Position numbers and translations under genes: made by a program
In this document: one piece after another, positions 11,082-25,500 of the stretch
Numbering within the stretch: the first letter of the stretch is position 1
How the letters are laid out: every line of letters begins with the position of its first letter
NCBI RefSeq assembly: GCF_000315625.1
Contig: NW_005434575.1
Span: 64,100 to 128,099 of the forward strand
DNA: 64,000 nucleotides
Reading direction: 5' to 3'
Source: Guillardia theta CCMP2712
Taxonomy: Eukaryota > Protista > Cryptophyta
The notes under the pieces: model-generated
Database searches by the model: none
Seen by the model: the letters and a program-made list of their open reading frames with translations, nothing else
What the model was told of the DNA's origin: nothing

Positions 11082-14000
11082 ATGATGATGTGCGGCAAGA
11101 GACGCTCTCCTCATCACCTGTTGTTTGTGCTGTCGATCTTGTTTCTCTGCGAGATCAGATGTCAACCTCCCCATCAACTCTTGGGCGTCGAGCCAGACGC
11201 ACCGCCCTCCCTGCTAAAGAAAGCCTACAGGAAGAAGGTGAAGCATCTCCTCCTCCTCCACCCCCTCCTCCTCCTCCTCCTCCTCCTCCTCCTCCTCCTC
11301 CTCCTCCCCCTCCTCCTCCTCCTCCTCCTTTTCCTCCTCCTCCTCCTCCTCCTTTTCCTCCTCCTCCTCCTCCTCCTCTTCCTCCTCCTCCTCCTCCTCT
11401 TCCTCCTCCTCCTCGTTCTTCTTCTCCCTTCCTCATCTTCCATGTTTCCGCAGTGCCTCGAGCTTCATCCCGATAAGCATAAGTCACCGGAGAAGAAGGC
11501 CTGGGCGGCGGAGAAGTTCATTGCGCTGAGCAAGGCGTATGAGGCCCTCCTGTCCGACTCCCTCCGCCGGCAGAAAGCGCCGACGCGAGAGAAAGGAGAT
11601 CAACGTCACAGGGGGGGAAGACAGGAGGAGAGAGAAGCTCGGGCACGGAGAGAAAGAGAGGAGCGCCTGAAGCGAGAGCGATCGCGAAGAACTCGGTCTG
11701 GTCCTGCTCTGCTCCAGCTGTTGTGACTAACTCATCGCTTGCTCAGAGACGAGGCTCGGGACGACAGTTGGACGAGCCGGCAATCATCACAGTATCGGCA
11801 AGCAGAGCGAGAGAGAACGGAGAGAATGAGCCGCGAGAAGAAGGTGCGAGGGAGTCCAACAGCGTCTGCTTGCTCATGAGCTTGTGATTGCAGGAGCATC
11901 TGATGCGAGAGCGATCAGAGCACATGCGAAGAGAGCAGGAGAAGCGCTCAAAACGAAGTGAAATGAACAACCGAGCCAGCCAGCGAGCAAGAGAGCAAGC
12001 AAGGGAGCGCGAGGCAAACTATGCATGGTATGACGTTGAAGCTGATACAGCGAGGTGAATGTTTGGAATCACCAGGAATGGAGAGCTTTACCACAGTGAA
12101 AGAGACAAGAAGACAGTGAAAGATCTCCTAGTGAACATGACAAACACTTCTTTGATCTCCTACACCATGACCGGTGAGTTCAGCCCCTTGATTTCGCCCT
12201 GTGATAGCTGCGAGCAGTTCAAAGATCCTTCGTGGGACTTGCTCACAACTCGACGCATCTCTTCGTGGTGGAAGTTGCGGACATCGAGCGGATTCGTTTC
12301 TCTTCGATGACAATTCCTCTCAAAGAGATGTCGTCAGTGATCTCAGGTGAACATGCTCGTCGCTCGACTTGTGTGCTCACCATCAAACTGAAGGCGAAGG
12401 AGGTCGATACCTCAAGATCAAGACAGGAGGCAGCAGCGAACAACTTTCATTCCTCAACATTGCCGTCCAAGACTACAACATTGAGGTGCCGCCCGTGCTG
12501 GGGCCCTCCTGCAGCATGTGACGGTCGTGCTCCCGCAGGAACTCTCGAGGTTCATGGCGAGCCTGGAGAAGCACAGCATGGCGTGTAGAGAATCGACTCC
12601 AGGGAGTGAGGATGGGAACCCTCAACAAGCGTCGCAGAAGCAGGCAGAGGAGCAGGAGCGGGAGTCTTCGGCGAGCAGAGAGCCAGGAGAGGAGAAAGAG
12701 GAAGAGCAGCCGACTCTTGCGTTGGTGGACGATGGAACGAGGTCGTTGAATTTCGTTTCATTTTGAGCTGAGACTGGCTCTTGCTGCGTCCTCGCAGTGC
12801 GTTGAGCGACGCCTATGTCCGACTCTCCTCCATCGACCAACTCGAAGTCAGTCTTGTCTTTTCCTCCCCTCCTCTCACTCACGAGGTACAAGATCCTGGC
12901 GCTGACCGAGTCGCACATCCTTCATGTCTGGCTGCCCCTGCCGGACGAGCAGGGCGGTAGAGCTCAGGTCTTCCGCGCTCCTCTCCCCTACATCAAGAAC
13001 GTCAGGAGGTGGCGCGACGAGAAGCGTCAGAGGCTCGACACTGACTCGCCCCCAGCACGTCGACAGGAGGACTGCTCGTGGAGATCCGAGGGGACTGGGA
13101 GCCGATCGAGCTGGAGGCCGTTCGCTATCCCATCGCGGAGGTGACGCTGAGGGGGAGAGGCGATGAGGATGACGAGGAAGGCAGCTCCGAGAGTTCTTCG
13201 AGTCCCTTCACCTCGCAGTTGAGAACTCAAGAAGTGCGATGAGTGGAGGATGCGATGAGAACCATCATGACACGTTGGCAGACTCGAGGAAGAAGTTGCC
13301 GTACGTGGGAGATGTTCCTCGACCGCAACAACCCACTCTCCCTGTCGAGAACTTTGACAGTTCACCTGAAGCTGGACGGCGCGATGTTCCTTCTCAGAAT
13401 GAGATGAAGAGCGAGGACAGTGGCGATGGTGACAGTAAGGAAGATGTCAGCAACGAGAGGTCAAACTCGGAAAGTTCGGTTCCTCCGGAGGAGATCATGA
13501 ATCAAACGACATCAGAGGAGAAGACGGAAGAAGAGAGTCGTGAAGTCCTCGGGAACGAGACTGAGGAATGCAAGTTTGAGGATGAGACGGGCATGGCTGA
13601 TGAGGAGGTGATGTCTTTCAGTTCAAAGGATGGATCAACTCAGGTACAGCGTCCAATGTCAACCTCCTTCTCTCATGCTGCCTCCTGCAGGTAGTCCTCA
13701 GCTCCTGGCACTTGAAGGCTGTCAAGGTACGAGTGATCTGCTGTCTGCTGCTCTCGGATGTTCAGAATATCATCAGGATGGACGAAGGTCGACGATAAGA
13801 GGAAGGCTGGAGGAAGCAAGGGTGAGTGAGTTGTCAAGTTTTGGAGCTTCCCTCCCCCCCCCTCCCTCCCCCCCTCGTCTTCTTCCTTATCTCTCTCTTC
13901 CCTCCCAGGTGACTCGCAACTTCGAGGGAGACTTGTGGATCGAATTCCAGGTGCTACCTGCCTGTCCCCACCACATTCGTCCTTTGTTCTGAAACTTCGA

Positions 14001-14526
14001 TGCCTCGTAGGAATCTCCTACTATTCATTTCAACTTTCTCTCGTTCAATTCCGCCGATCTGTCGAAACTTTTCGAACTCCTGTACCTCAAGTGCGTCTCA
14101 TCGGGACGATCGCCGACCTTCACCTCCCGCCACGTCACCTTCACCATCGGCAACGATCGGGGGGTCGACGCAGAGGAGGCCAGACATCACGAGGATTCGC
14201 AGCAGTTTGCGGCTGGTCAGGACGAGCTGGGCAGTGAGGGCGGCGAGCAGGCTGACGAGGTCGGGTCGCTGAACTGGAGGCTGCACATCCTGGAGTCCGA
14301 GCTCAACATCGGATCAGGTGCGGCACCTCTTGCTCCCTTGTCGGACCTCACCCACTGCTTGTTGACTGCAGAGGATGGGGAGGACGAGCTTGTAGCTCCG
14401 CACTCAGATGGGGAGGGGATGGAACCAGCAGGGCATGCCAACCACTCAGCCTCCGAGGCTCAGTCCCGGCACTCGGATGAGCAAGCTGGCGGCGACTCGG
14501 AAGTTCCTCCTCCTCCTCCTGTATGA
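11082..14526 (+). CDS. J-domain (DnaJ) protein with signal peptide-like N-terminus and long multi-exon C-terminal region
   Basis: PHQLLGVEPDAPPSLLKKAYRKK / CLELHPDK..AAEKFIALSKAYEAL with HPD; downstream exons inferred and could belong to more than one gene. Confidence 0.65.
11248..11414. repeat. (CCT)n repeat in the intron splitting the J-domain
   Basis: Long imperfect CCT run between GT at 11238 and AG at 11453. Confidence 0.95.
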
Positions 14527-14640
14527 CTCAGTGACTGTACGGGCATGCCTCAGTGCCGTCGAGGCAGCCCGGGCCCGGGTTGACGGGAGTCGGGATTGGC
14601 TGCTGAGTCGTTCGAGGCGGCCCAGCCGGGCACTGCAACT

Positions 14641-15713
14641 TTAATTCTTTCCTCGACCTAACGGGGGATCAGCATTAGAGCGGAAGGAGGCCTTCATTAC
14701 TGTCATGAGCTCGTTCTTGAACTCTAATTTCGTCTCCTCGTCTTCGCTCTGGGTCGACAGGATGCTGACAAGTTCGTTCCTGTCCGAGTAATAGCTCATC
14801 AGCTCGCTGCCGTGCTGTCTTATTCTCATATTTGATTTGAGCAACTTCCCTGAAGCCAGGGAAGTTGCACGCTGCAGCTGCAGACCCCGAAGCCGCGTCG
14901 GAGAATCTCCTTGCCTGGCGGAGATGCCGAGGCTGTGCGAGGATGCTGGAAGTTGAGAGCGAGATCATGGCGTGTTCGTATGTTCTACGAAGAGGAAGCA
15001 GGCAGGGGTGGAGAAGGACGATGGCAGCAGAGCCGTGGGTAGCATGTCATGGCAGAGGGTCGTTGAAGTTGAAGGGCGTCTCACACGAGACGCCCTTCAA
15101 TCGTGCCATGGGATATTAGAAGTCACCTTCACCACCCCTCATGTTCGATTATATGGGACCCCACCTCACTTGAATCCACCGCCCTCCTGTGCGAACTAGG
15201 AATCGTCCGACTCGAAGCGGAAGGAGGGAGGGGAAAGCGACGGGACGGAGACGCTGACGGGAGGGAGAGGACGAGAGGTGGAAGGTAACCGAACGGAGTC
15301 CACCATGGAGGTTGCAGGACAGGTAGAACGTCGCAGCAGAGACAGAGAGTGATAATGGAGAAAACCTCGTGAGAGAAAGTCAGGATGAGCGACTGTGACA
15401 CTGGAACACCTTGATAGGCGACATCTGGGCTTGAGACGTCTGATTGAAAAGGAGAAGAGGGAGAGGAAGGGACGAGCCCTTTGACGAGAAGAAAGATGTT
15501 GCTAGCATCATGAATCACCAGATGAAGTTTGACATAGGCATGAGATGTACCAGGTTTGTTCAAGCTGAATTCCTCAGCATGAGCGTGCTGTAATGCAGCA
15601 AAGGCACGGAAGTACATCACGTTGACAAGAATCATTCGTCTTCGTGCAAGAGTAAGACTAAGGAGGAAGATAGATGGTGGGACCAAGGAGACGAAAGAGC
15701 TGCGAAATATCAC
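14641..15713 (-). CDS. Hypothetical protein(s), multi-exon
   Basis: Open frames with plausible GT-AG introns; no recognisable motif. Confidence 0.3.
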
Positions 15714-15773
15714 TATCCTCCTGCATACTCACGACTATCTTTGTAGATTGAAAATTGAGATCAAACTTGACGG

Positions 15774-16353
15774 ATGACAGATCTCGCATCGATTCTTGCT
15801 CGTCGACGAGCAGCAACAGATGAGAGTGACGAGTCTACATGGGATGAGCAGGCCCTTCTTTCGAGAGCAAGTGCCAGCAGAACGACGAAGGAATCGAAGC
15901 CTGAGTCAAGCTCGGTCAAAGAGAAGCTATCTCTCTTCAACAATAGCAGCAGCAGCGGCAGTTCAGAATCACCAGGAGGTAAGATCAGGACACGCAAACT
16001 TGTCAGTTGATTTCTCGTGCAGGCAGTCAGACGCATGAAGGAGGCAAGGGCTGCCCAACGGATTTGTCACGCCTGCCCAGAGAAGGTTGAAGGTGGACAG
16101 CTCGATCGTCAGCAATGAGCTCTTGGACATTCCTGATATCGATAGCCATGGTCGTGGAAGATCACTGAGAAATGCTGAAGGCATGCAGAAGGTGACGGGA
16201 GAATGCTTGATGCTGATGATGAAGAGGACGATGAGGATGAGGAAGAAAAAGTGCAAGAGCAGACGATCATGATGAAGAAAACAATGATTTAAAGGATAAC
16301 AATAGAGTTAATGATGAATTTGACGATGACGATGACGGTGACGACGACCATGC

Positions 16354-16415
<62 letters not shown>

Positions 16416-16472
16416 TTGATTGTCATGATGATGATGATGATGATGATTGTCATGATGATGATGATGATTGTC

Positions 16473-16517
<45 letters not shown>

Positions 16518-16574
16518 TTGATTGTCATGATGATGATGATGATGATGATTGTCATGATGATGATGATGATTGTC

Positions 16575-16608
<34 letters not shown>

Positions 16609-16851
16609 CATTGTGGCTGCTTCGGCTGGTGATGGCGTTGTTGGTGGCTCAAGTGTGGCAGGTGATGGAGGCAAGGCGAGCGCACATTGAGCAGATGGAA
16701 GCTGTCTTCAAAGACAAGAAAGGTTTCGACGTCGAAGAAGCCGCCGACATAGCGCTGGCAAAGGGATCACACTTGGTGAGCTTCCTCAGTCTTGTCTGAC
16801 TGAGTCACTGAGAGATTTCAGGTGAGAGAGATCGAGAGAAAGGGATTGTGA
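15774..16851 (+). CDS. Hypothetical protein with an N-terminal WAVE-like central/acidic motif
   Basis: MTDLASILARRRAATDESDESTWDEQ; exons continue to VREIERKGL*. Confidence 0.55.
16311..16608. repeat. Intronic (GAT)n repeat with higher-order duplication
   Basis: GAT run with the interruption series gttgattgtcat..tgtcat..tgtcat occurring twice about 102 bp apart. Confidence 0.95.
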
Positions 16852-17014
16852 TAGTTGAGATCTGCTCCTCTTACAACAGTATCGACTTATGTGGAATCAG
16901 CAGCAATGATATCCTGTTCACGTAATCGTGTATGTTCCATGTGAATTTTGAAATGAAAGATTGTTTTTTATGCATCATTGGGCTCGACATAAGTTGTTGA
17001 CTTCAGCAAGTGCT

Positions 17015-20000
17015 TCATTGATCAAGAAAGTACATATCAGACTGCCAAGGGCTCGGATTTCTGCTGATTCCTGCAGAACGAAACTGTTGAACGTTTTGTG
17101 ATGACATGCTCGTGAGATCCCACGGGTAGTCCATGTACTTTATGACGTCGGTTGAGCTCGGTCTCTCCCTCTTCTTTGCTGACTGGTCCATCTTCTTTCT
17201 CACCAGCTCTCTTGAATGCTTCAGGGTCTCATACGCCTCTTTCTGCCTCTCAACGCTTCTCCTCCTCTGTAGCAAGATATCTACTCGTTGACGGCCTGCA
17301 AACAAGTTACATCATGCCTGTTGGATCGTTCTCGGGACGAGCGACTCACTCTTCTCCTTCTGGAGCTCCGTAGACTGTCTTGACGGAGACCTCTCTCCCT
17401 CCTGCACACTCTCTGTTGTGTTGATGGTCGGCAACTGACCGATGGCTCTTATCGCGTTCGTCAAGTTCAGTGACAGGTTTCTGCTGATCCGGCTCCTTGA
17501 CTTGGAGGCTGCAGGAATAGTTGGGGGTTGGCTGTTGATGCTCTTCATGACCTCTGCGCGTTCTCGTTGCACCTTGCGGTCATGCTTGCATTTTTCAAGG
17601 TAAGAACTGAGACGACATTTCAGTCAAGAAAGACTGGAGGATAACATCACCTTCTATACTCGCTCGCCGTCTCCATGACGTTCTGATGCACTTGTTTGCT
17701 GGTCTTGATTCTGTTTCTCACCTGCTGAAGCTCAACCTCCTTGAGGCTGACCACAACTGACGCCTCGAGCTTGCTCAGGTTGAACAGCTCCAGGTTGGAA
17801 GAGAAGATTCGAGACTGGGACGAGAAGATTCGAGACTGAGAAGAGGGATGGAACTTCATATCCGGCCTGCTGCGAATCAGCTTCTCTTCCTGCAGCTTGC
17901 CTGCAACAATCTTGTCCAACTTTGAAGAGATCACTAACGACTGCTTTGCCCTCTTCATGTCGCCCTTCAAGCTGCCACGTGTCATATCTAACGCTGTCAT
18001 TCCCGTCAAGCCCATTTCTTCCCTCGCTATGCGAGGAGCAAGAGAGGGAGGGGGAGGAGAGACTTGCCCTTTCCTCACTCGCTGGCTTTCTACTGCTTTT
18101 TCTAACTCAACAAACTTCCTTCTACTCACAACACGATCGATCTTCCAAACATCACGAACATTCCTCAGCCTGTGACATCTCGCTCTGCTCAAGTGACCTC
18201 TATACACAGACTGAATGAGAGCAGCCATAAGATGCTGCTGGCAATCTGTCGCTTTCATCAACGTTATCGGATCTCTTTTCTGCGCAGACCAAGTCTTGAT
18301 GAAAAGAAGAGTAGTTCTGATCCGAGCTTGGTTGTTCGATTTGAAGTGAAACTTCAAAACAGGAATTGAACCAAACAACCTTCGATTCGGAAACCGTAAG
18401 GCATGATCTTCTTCATCTTTCAAGCTCTCAGCTTCTGCTATGTCGATCTGGGTCCCTTGCGTCAGCAGACTCTTTAGACTTGCTTCATGTGGCAACCAGG
18501 ATATTAGTCTGACTTGTAGACCCACCCAAGAGGGAAGAACTCTTCGACCATCTGACGAGGCGAGCTCTGGTTGTAAGACCTGAACATCTTCGTTCTCATC
18601 AAAAACAAATGAAATCTTTGATTCCGGAAGAAAGGAGACGCTTCTGTCATGAGACAACAACTTTGGCTTCAAGTTGTTTGAAATGCAATACAACGTAGTC
18701 GAAGTCCCGTTGTCTGTCAGAGCTTTTGCCAGACAAGCCAGAGCTTCAGTACGCAGACGAGTACAGGTCCATCTCCACCAGTGTTGAATGGATCTCGTGC
18801 TTCGAAGAAGAAGGACGGCTTTCTTCAAGCTTCTCTTCTTTGAGCGATACTCTAGCCATCTTCTCGCTGTCGCTTGAACGCAACAAGCAGCATGGACTCT
18901 CAACACACTTTCACCGAGAAGAAAGTGGACTGAACCAATCGATGATAGACTTGAGCTGTTGATGGTCCTGTTGAGATAAGTGACATAGTTGATGAAATGA
19001 TTCCTGGACGCCTCATCTTTGAACTTCAGGACGACCAAGAAGCGATGAGAGATGTGTTGAGAACGAGAGCTTGGCAATACATCAAAGTGATGATGTTCGA
19101 AATGTTGAAGGAAAATGGTTCTTGTTTTGGTGTCAACATGCGTCAGTCTTCCCAAGCGGAATCGTCTCACTGGAAATCGCGCAAGGTGACTCGCCTCTTG
19201 CAGAGTTCTTGCTCTTCGACGCATTCTCAGCACAGCTCGAAACAACTCATTTCCTCCGCCACGTCGTTCACGTTGGAAGCTGAAAATGTTGGACAAGTAC
19301 AAGATGGGTGAATCAGAGGAGCTCTGCATGCTTCCCCATTTGGCCGCTAACTGCTCAATCACATCAGCATACTTGGGATGAAAGAAAATGGTCAGGTTTG
19401 AGCTTCGGAGCAACAAGTCATCATCAGACAGGGGCAACTTTGCAAGCTTCTTGGCGATGTTCTGGTCATCCATTATCCCTCCGGAGAGCAAGCTGTGCAC
19501 AAGACGCCGCAAGTAAGCAGACAAGAGCCATCGTTGAAGAGTGATGGTGGGCATGAGATAGTGACTGTACAGCATTCTGAATTTCGTCCTTGCTGAATGC
19601 CCCATGGCAACTCGACTGATGATATTGTAAGGCGTCGAGTTGGAGTATATGCGATGGACTTGAGACAGAATGTCTTGAAAGTGTTCGAAGTCGTGAATGT
19701 TTCTACTTGGGTCCCTGAAAATTTCAAACAGATGATCGACTTTCCTTTGCAATCGAGATTTGAACCTTCTTCTCAAGAATGTCCTGAGCACTTTCTTTGA
19801 ATTGACTGGTGCCAAATGCAAGTCATGTTTCTTGAAGTGATCTGCTCTGACATGGTTGTCGACTAGCAGGAGAGACGGAAAACGATTGAAACATTCCAGC
19901 GGGTCCACCTTCCCTTCTTCTATGGGATTTCCAAACATGGTGAGCACTCGCATAAGTTTTGCTCTCTCAAAACTTTGGACATCTGGTAACTTTCTTACAA

Positions 20001-20594
20001 GGTTGTTGTGCAAGAATAAAACGCTTAATCTCGGGAAAAACAAGTCGCTGTGATGACCAGCACTAAATTGCACCATATTCGAGCTAAGGTCAAGAAGCCT
20101 CAGATTTGGCAAGGAAGCCAGAGGCTCTATGAAATGAATTTTGTTGTCAGACAGGAAGGCCATTGTGAGGTTGGAGAAAGCTAGAAAACTTTCGCAGCTC
20201 TGCAGCATAGCACCGCAAATGCGAACGCAAGAGGGCATGTCTTCAGCCTCTTCCTGCACATGGCTTCTTTTCGGATGAGGGATGCTCTCGTGTCTCCCTC
20301 CTTCATCGTGCGAGGACTCTCTGGTCCTTGCCGATGAGTCCAAGACCTGGGAAGTTTCGCCCATGTCAACCTTCAACCTTTCATTGTGCAAAATATCATC
20401 GCACAGCCGCTTGTCATGCTCAAGTCGAGCACACAACCTGTCTTCTTGTCTTGCTTCGATTTGTCGGCATTGGTACCAGTTATGCGTTGTGGAGCTGACG
20501 TTTCCACCGTCCGTGAGCCGCTGCCTGTCCTAAAAAGATGAAGCAACTTGCATCAGGCTTGCTCACTTCGTCTACTCTCACAAAACCTCTGCAT
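17015..20594 (-). CDS. Leucine-rich repeat and IQ-motif protein (LRRIQ3-like)
   Basis: LRRs (LPNLRLLDLSSN, LSVLFLHNN, LTMFGNP); IQ motifs VQATARRW, IQHWWR, IQSVYRGHLSR; coiled-coil C-terminus. Confidence 0.75.
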
Positions 20595-21164
20595 GCTTCT
20601 CTCAGCCGCCTCTGTTGCCTCGGGCTTGCCTGGTCATGCTAGGGGCCCACCAACACCAGGAAGCAGTATTCCGTTGTTACTAGCAGTTGTCAGATCAGAC
20701 CCCCTGGCCCTTGGACCCTCCAAACCACCCCCTACCACCCCAGGGCTTACCACCCAAGGCCTGGTAGTGTCGGGCAATCACTCGGAACTCTTAGAGGGAT
20801 CAGCAGGAAGGGACGGGGAGGCGCTTTAATATCATCAGGCCGCTGATGAGGGATGATACGCTATACCGTCACAGTTAGTTTGGATTCAAGTCGTCGTCTG
20901 ACTTGTGCTCCCTCAAAGTCAAGTAACCTCAAAGTTTCAGTGCCTGATAGTTGCATGACATGCGAGGGTCAGGGTGGACGGACACACAGAAGCCGGAGGG
21001 TCAGAAAGAAACATCTTCATCTTCGCAGCAATGCTGACTCCTCTTCGCACAGAGCACAAACAGGACTCGGCATATCCAACACAACCGAGAAATGGATTCT
21101 TGAGTTCAGATGAATCGATTCGAATGTTTAGGGCTATTGAACTAGTCTAGCACTGAAATAAATT

Positions 21165-22511
21165 CTACGCCTGCCCTTGCGACGCAACTGCTTGATTCCA
21201 CATCGTCGCCTCGTCACGTTTTTGGTCAGTTTGTGACATATGGAACTTCTGAATCGCAACGATCAGACGGGACTCCTCAAGTTTGGCAAACAGTTTCTGA
21301 TTGTGCAAAGGCAGGGACAACTCATGCGCTTCGCCGAAAGGAATCTCAGACAAATTGACTTGTGCTGATCCGATGAGATCATCGCTGGTCACCTGCACCA
21401 TCAAATCAAATCTCAGGTCATCCTTGGGGGGAAGCGAAGCTAAGTTACAAGAATAGCAAATTCTTACTTCATCTTTGTCCCACAGAGTCATGCTTAGAAC
21501 TTTTGTTTGAGAAGTCATTGTCCATTCAAATACTTCGTCCCACTCCGGATTCACATTCTTGCGCGAAACCTCAGATGCAAAAGTCGACAAACCGATGCAT
21601 GAGTTTACAAACAGCATGCAGTAGGGGTCGCAGCCTGTGATCATATCCATTCGAGGAAGTTTGGTTGCTCTGAGGAGTCTGACTTGAAGTATCCCAACTT
21701 CTTTCGCTTGTTTGTCAGTTTTCCATTCTTTAGCCGTTGGCGAACTGATCTCTTGGGCGGCTTGGTTGTTGCCCATACCATTCGTTCGTTCCAAAATCTC
21801 CTTCTGAATATTAAGAATTCTGTTCTGGCTCAGCTGCATCGCGATCTGCCTTCGGATGCTTTGCATCTCGTACAGCTCCATCTTCTCTTGCCGACGGCGA
21901 TCTGCTATCTGGCTGGGATCAGTCCCGTATCGATTCATCAAGTCAACGGAAGCAAGTATCTCTTCTTCTGATAGCATCGTGCTGTCTTCGCCTCCTTCCT
22001 CTACGTCTTGCCCCTCCTCAATTCTTGCAAGACCCTCAGATTGGAGAGTTTTTCTCACCAGCAGACCGACATCATAGCTGTCGATTGATATCCCACCAGA
22101 CAGCAAGATCAGTTTCTCCTTTGCTAGATCTCTCTCGATGGATCGCCGTCGGCTCTCCCTTGTTCGCATCTTCTCTCGATCTTTGGCCAGAGCTTCTTCC
22201 AACCTCTGATCCGACACGAAGTTCTTCATCATCAAGACCTTTCTGGCCCCATGCCACAGGACCTGCATCAACTCGCCAATCAACCCTGTGGTGCCTTCCG
22301 TCTCTTCTTTGACTTTCGCATACGCATCGACGAGGATAGCCAGGAAGATGTTGAGAAGAATAAAGAATGCGATGAACAAGTAAGACCAAAGAAAGATATG
22401 AAAGGCACCATCCGAAGCAGCATGTGACATCTGGCATCAAAGTCAGCCAAACTTCTCAAGATGGTATCATACTGATAGAAAAGAGTGACAGAGAGACAGA
22501 GAGAGAGACAA

Positions 22512-22543
<32 letters not shown>

Positions 22544-25500
22544 ACAAAGAGAGAGAGAGATAGAGACTGAGACTGAGAGAGAGAGAGATAGAGACTGAGA
22601 CTGAGAGAGAGAGACAAAGAGAGGGAGAGAGGGAGAGAGGGAGAGAGAGTGAGAGTGAGAGACAGACAGAGAGAGAGAGATCAGAGGTGGAGGAAAAGGA
22701 GGAGGAGAAGGGTTTTGGGATGAATGGGATGACATTCATCACGTACAGGAGCGTAGAATTGCGTTGTGTCCAGACTGAGCAAGAAAATAAGAAGAGTGAG
22801 GATTGAAGTACTGAGATCTTTCATTCCCTGGGTTTCAACGATTCAATGTCATCCTATCAAGTGCAAGTTTTCACCTCATATTGATGACCAAACAACATGT
22901 TACCAACGACTGCATACCCGAACAGAACGATTCCGAAAAGGAGGATGAAGTGCCAGAGATCTCCGGCAGCTCTCGCTATCGTCCTGGTGACTAGACCCAT
23001 CCGCTCTTGGAAGTCAAGACCCTTGAGCATCCGAAAGACAAACAAGACGATACTCACGCCAGCGAAGAAGGAGTACACACTCATAGAGTCTGATATCTGC
23101 TTTCCTTGCTTCACCAGCTGAAGAAATTCTGCCTCTACTTGATTGTTCGTTCGAAAATGTCTGGCCTGTGCGGTTGCCGATTTCACCAAGGGAAGCTCAA
23201 AACTTGTTCCTATTTGGACCCCTGAGATTTCTGCCCTCCGAGGATATTCATACTGCGGGCCATAGTAAAGGATAGGGTAATTTGTCTTCATGCGGAAATT
23301 TCGACAATCCTGATAATGAATAATGCACGTGATTACTGTTCCCCACATGAAGAGCAAGTGAGTCCAATCGACCCAATTGAAGGGATGAGACAGGTATGTC
23401 GTTAGGTTGTACTGACGTATCTCACCAATCAGGTCTGCAGCTTCAAAGAAGCAGTTAATGACAAGAATGATAACAATTACTGTAAACAAAAAGATCTGAA
23501 GCGCTCCCAAGGAGGAGTTTGCAAAGAAATCTACAGAAAAAGAGTTCACTTTGTCATTCCAAGGTATCCGTCCAGTCTCAAGCCATTGGAAGGTGAATTC
23601 ATAGATCGCAAAAATATTTTTCGGAGCGTTGTACGTCAAAAATTCGACCCGAACTTCAGCCGTCTTGGAATCGATAAAAGAACCATCCTGCATGAACCGA
23701 ATCATGGTCTGAGCCAGTTTCTGTGTCAGTCGCTCGTCGAAGAATAGCTTGAAGGTGTCCGCTTCTGAGGGGATGATGACCTTGGCGTCTTTTAATGCTG
23801 CAGTGAAGTCGCTGATCGTCTTAGCTGCTTCTTCTTCCGATATAAAACCATCGTTGTCCTTGTCGAAATAGTTTGAATCGTATTTGTGCGGAAAAAAACC
23901 GATGGGGAAGGATAGCTTCGATGATCCAGTTTGCGAATATATCACATGTCGTTCAGAAGGAGCATAGAATTTTTCTGGTGGGATTCTGGGGTTGTAATAT
24001 GGGCTGAAGGACATGAAAGAAGGATCATATCCAAAGGGTGTGGGATCGAACTCTTGCGAGGGGCAATTGAGAATACCTTTGAGAGCATTCAAGTAGTCTT
24101 TGATGAATTCATTGTTGCTGGAAGAGCATTCCTTGGACTTCATTCTGCTTTGTGATACCACGATGGCCCCGATGATCCGGTTGTAGGGAGTGATCTCGCG
24201 ATTCTTTGGCTTGAAAGAAGGAACAACTTGCGGAGGTCCATCACTTTTACTCCTGTAGCGCCACAGCTCAAAGCTGTAGTCGCTCGGACACTGAGCTCCA
24301 ACAACGAGTTTTGGTGCATCCAAGCATTGCGGAAATCCGCCGGAAGTTGGACACTTGATGACGGGGCATCTGTCACCAATGGCGTCCAACTTGTCCACCT
24401 TGCAAAAGCTGCAAAGTTTGCAGGTTCCCAACATGTCAGGCTGAGGAGGTTTTGAGCAGAACAAATTGACATCGCAATCGAAGTGCGAGAGACAAGTCTG
24501 ATCTGCGCGCAAGGAATCGTCATGTCTATACGTAGCATGCAATGAACTCACCTCTTGTTCTTTTCGTGATCTGAGTATCGACGCTGATCACCCATTGAGC
24601 ATCTGGTACTGCGGGAGGACATTGTTGCGAGGAGCTAGACTTGATACTATCTCGGGAATCCAACAGAAGGTTGACGAGTGCTGACGACTTGACTGTAGAG
24701 CCAACAATGACCCCAGCTGTCGCCTTCCACGAACCCTTTGGTTCTATTGCTGGAACGATGTTGGTAGAAACTATTTGCTGCGCATAGGAAATCGAAGAGT
24801 TGAGGAATTGTTGAACAACACTCCTCCATTCCTGCGTTGAATTTTTCCCATTGCAAGAATCGGATCCGATTGGAAGCGAGAAAGTGATTTTCGGTGCCGG
24901 CATAAAAATGTTTGAGTAGCTGTCATAGTTGGGACTAGGAAGAGTGATATCTTGATACCTAAAGCATGCCGTCAAGCGAAGATACATCTGAGCCACATTC
25001 CTGTTCGTTCCCAAGTAAAACAATAAGACGGACCCGTTGGTCACCAGGTTGGGACGTGATGCCTCGCTTGACCAGTCAGAGCAATCACAAACAGGATATT
25101 CGTTTAGTGTTGCAGTGAAAGCGTACCGCATATACGTTACCCCTGTTTTGCTGTAGATCTGCGTAGCAATGTATGATACTAGTTGCTGATCATAACCAGC
25201 TGGCTTCATGGTTGCTTCTTCCAAAATTTTGACAGTGGGAGTAGGAGGAGCTGAAGGAAAATATGGACATGTTGCTTCAGTTCCCCAACTGATACAAAAT
25301 CCCACATAAGCCAAGTTGCTTTCAGAGGATAAATAGATTTCTACAGTACTTGCCGATGATGATGTTGTGAATGATTGGGATTCAATCAATCCGCAAATTG
25401 GACCCAAAGTATTACCCCCGGTACAAGTTTTATCTTCGCAATCAAGAATTTGGACCTTGTCTCGATCGCATTGGTTGGTTTGACCGTTCTTGGTTCCAAC

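Noticed and set aside
16289-16799. Poly-Met, poly-His and poly-Ile ORFs
   Set aside because: Frames of an intronic (GAT)n repeat
21393-21467. Apparent insertions within domains (C2 loop, Pol epsilon 41807-41854)
   Set aside because: They are stop-free GT-AG introns of 3n length read through by the ORF finder
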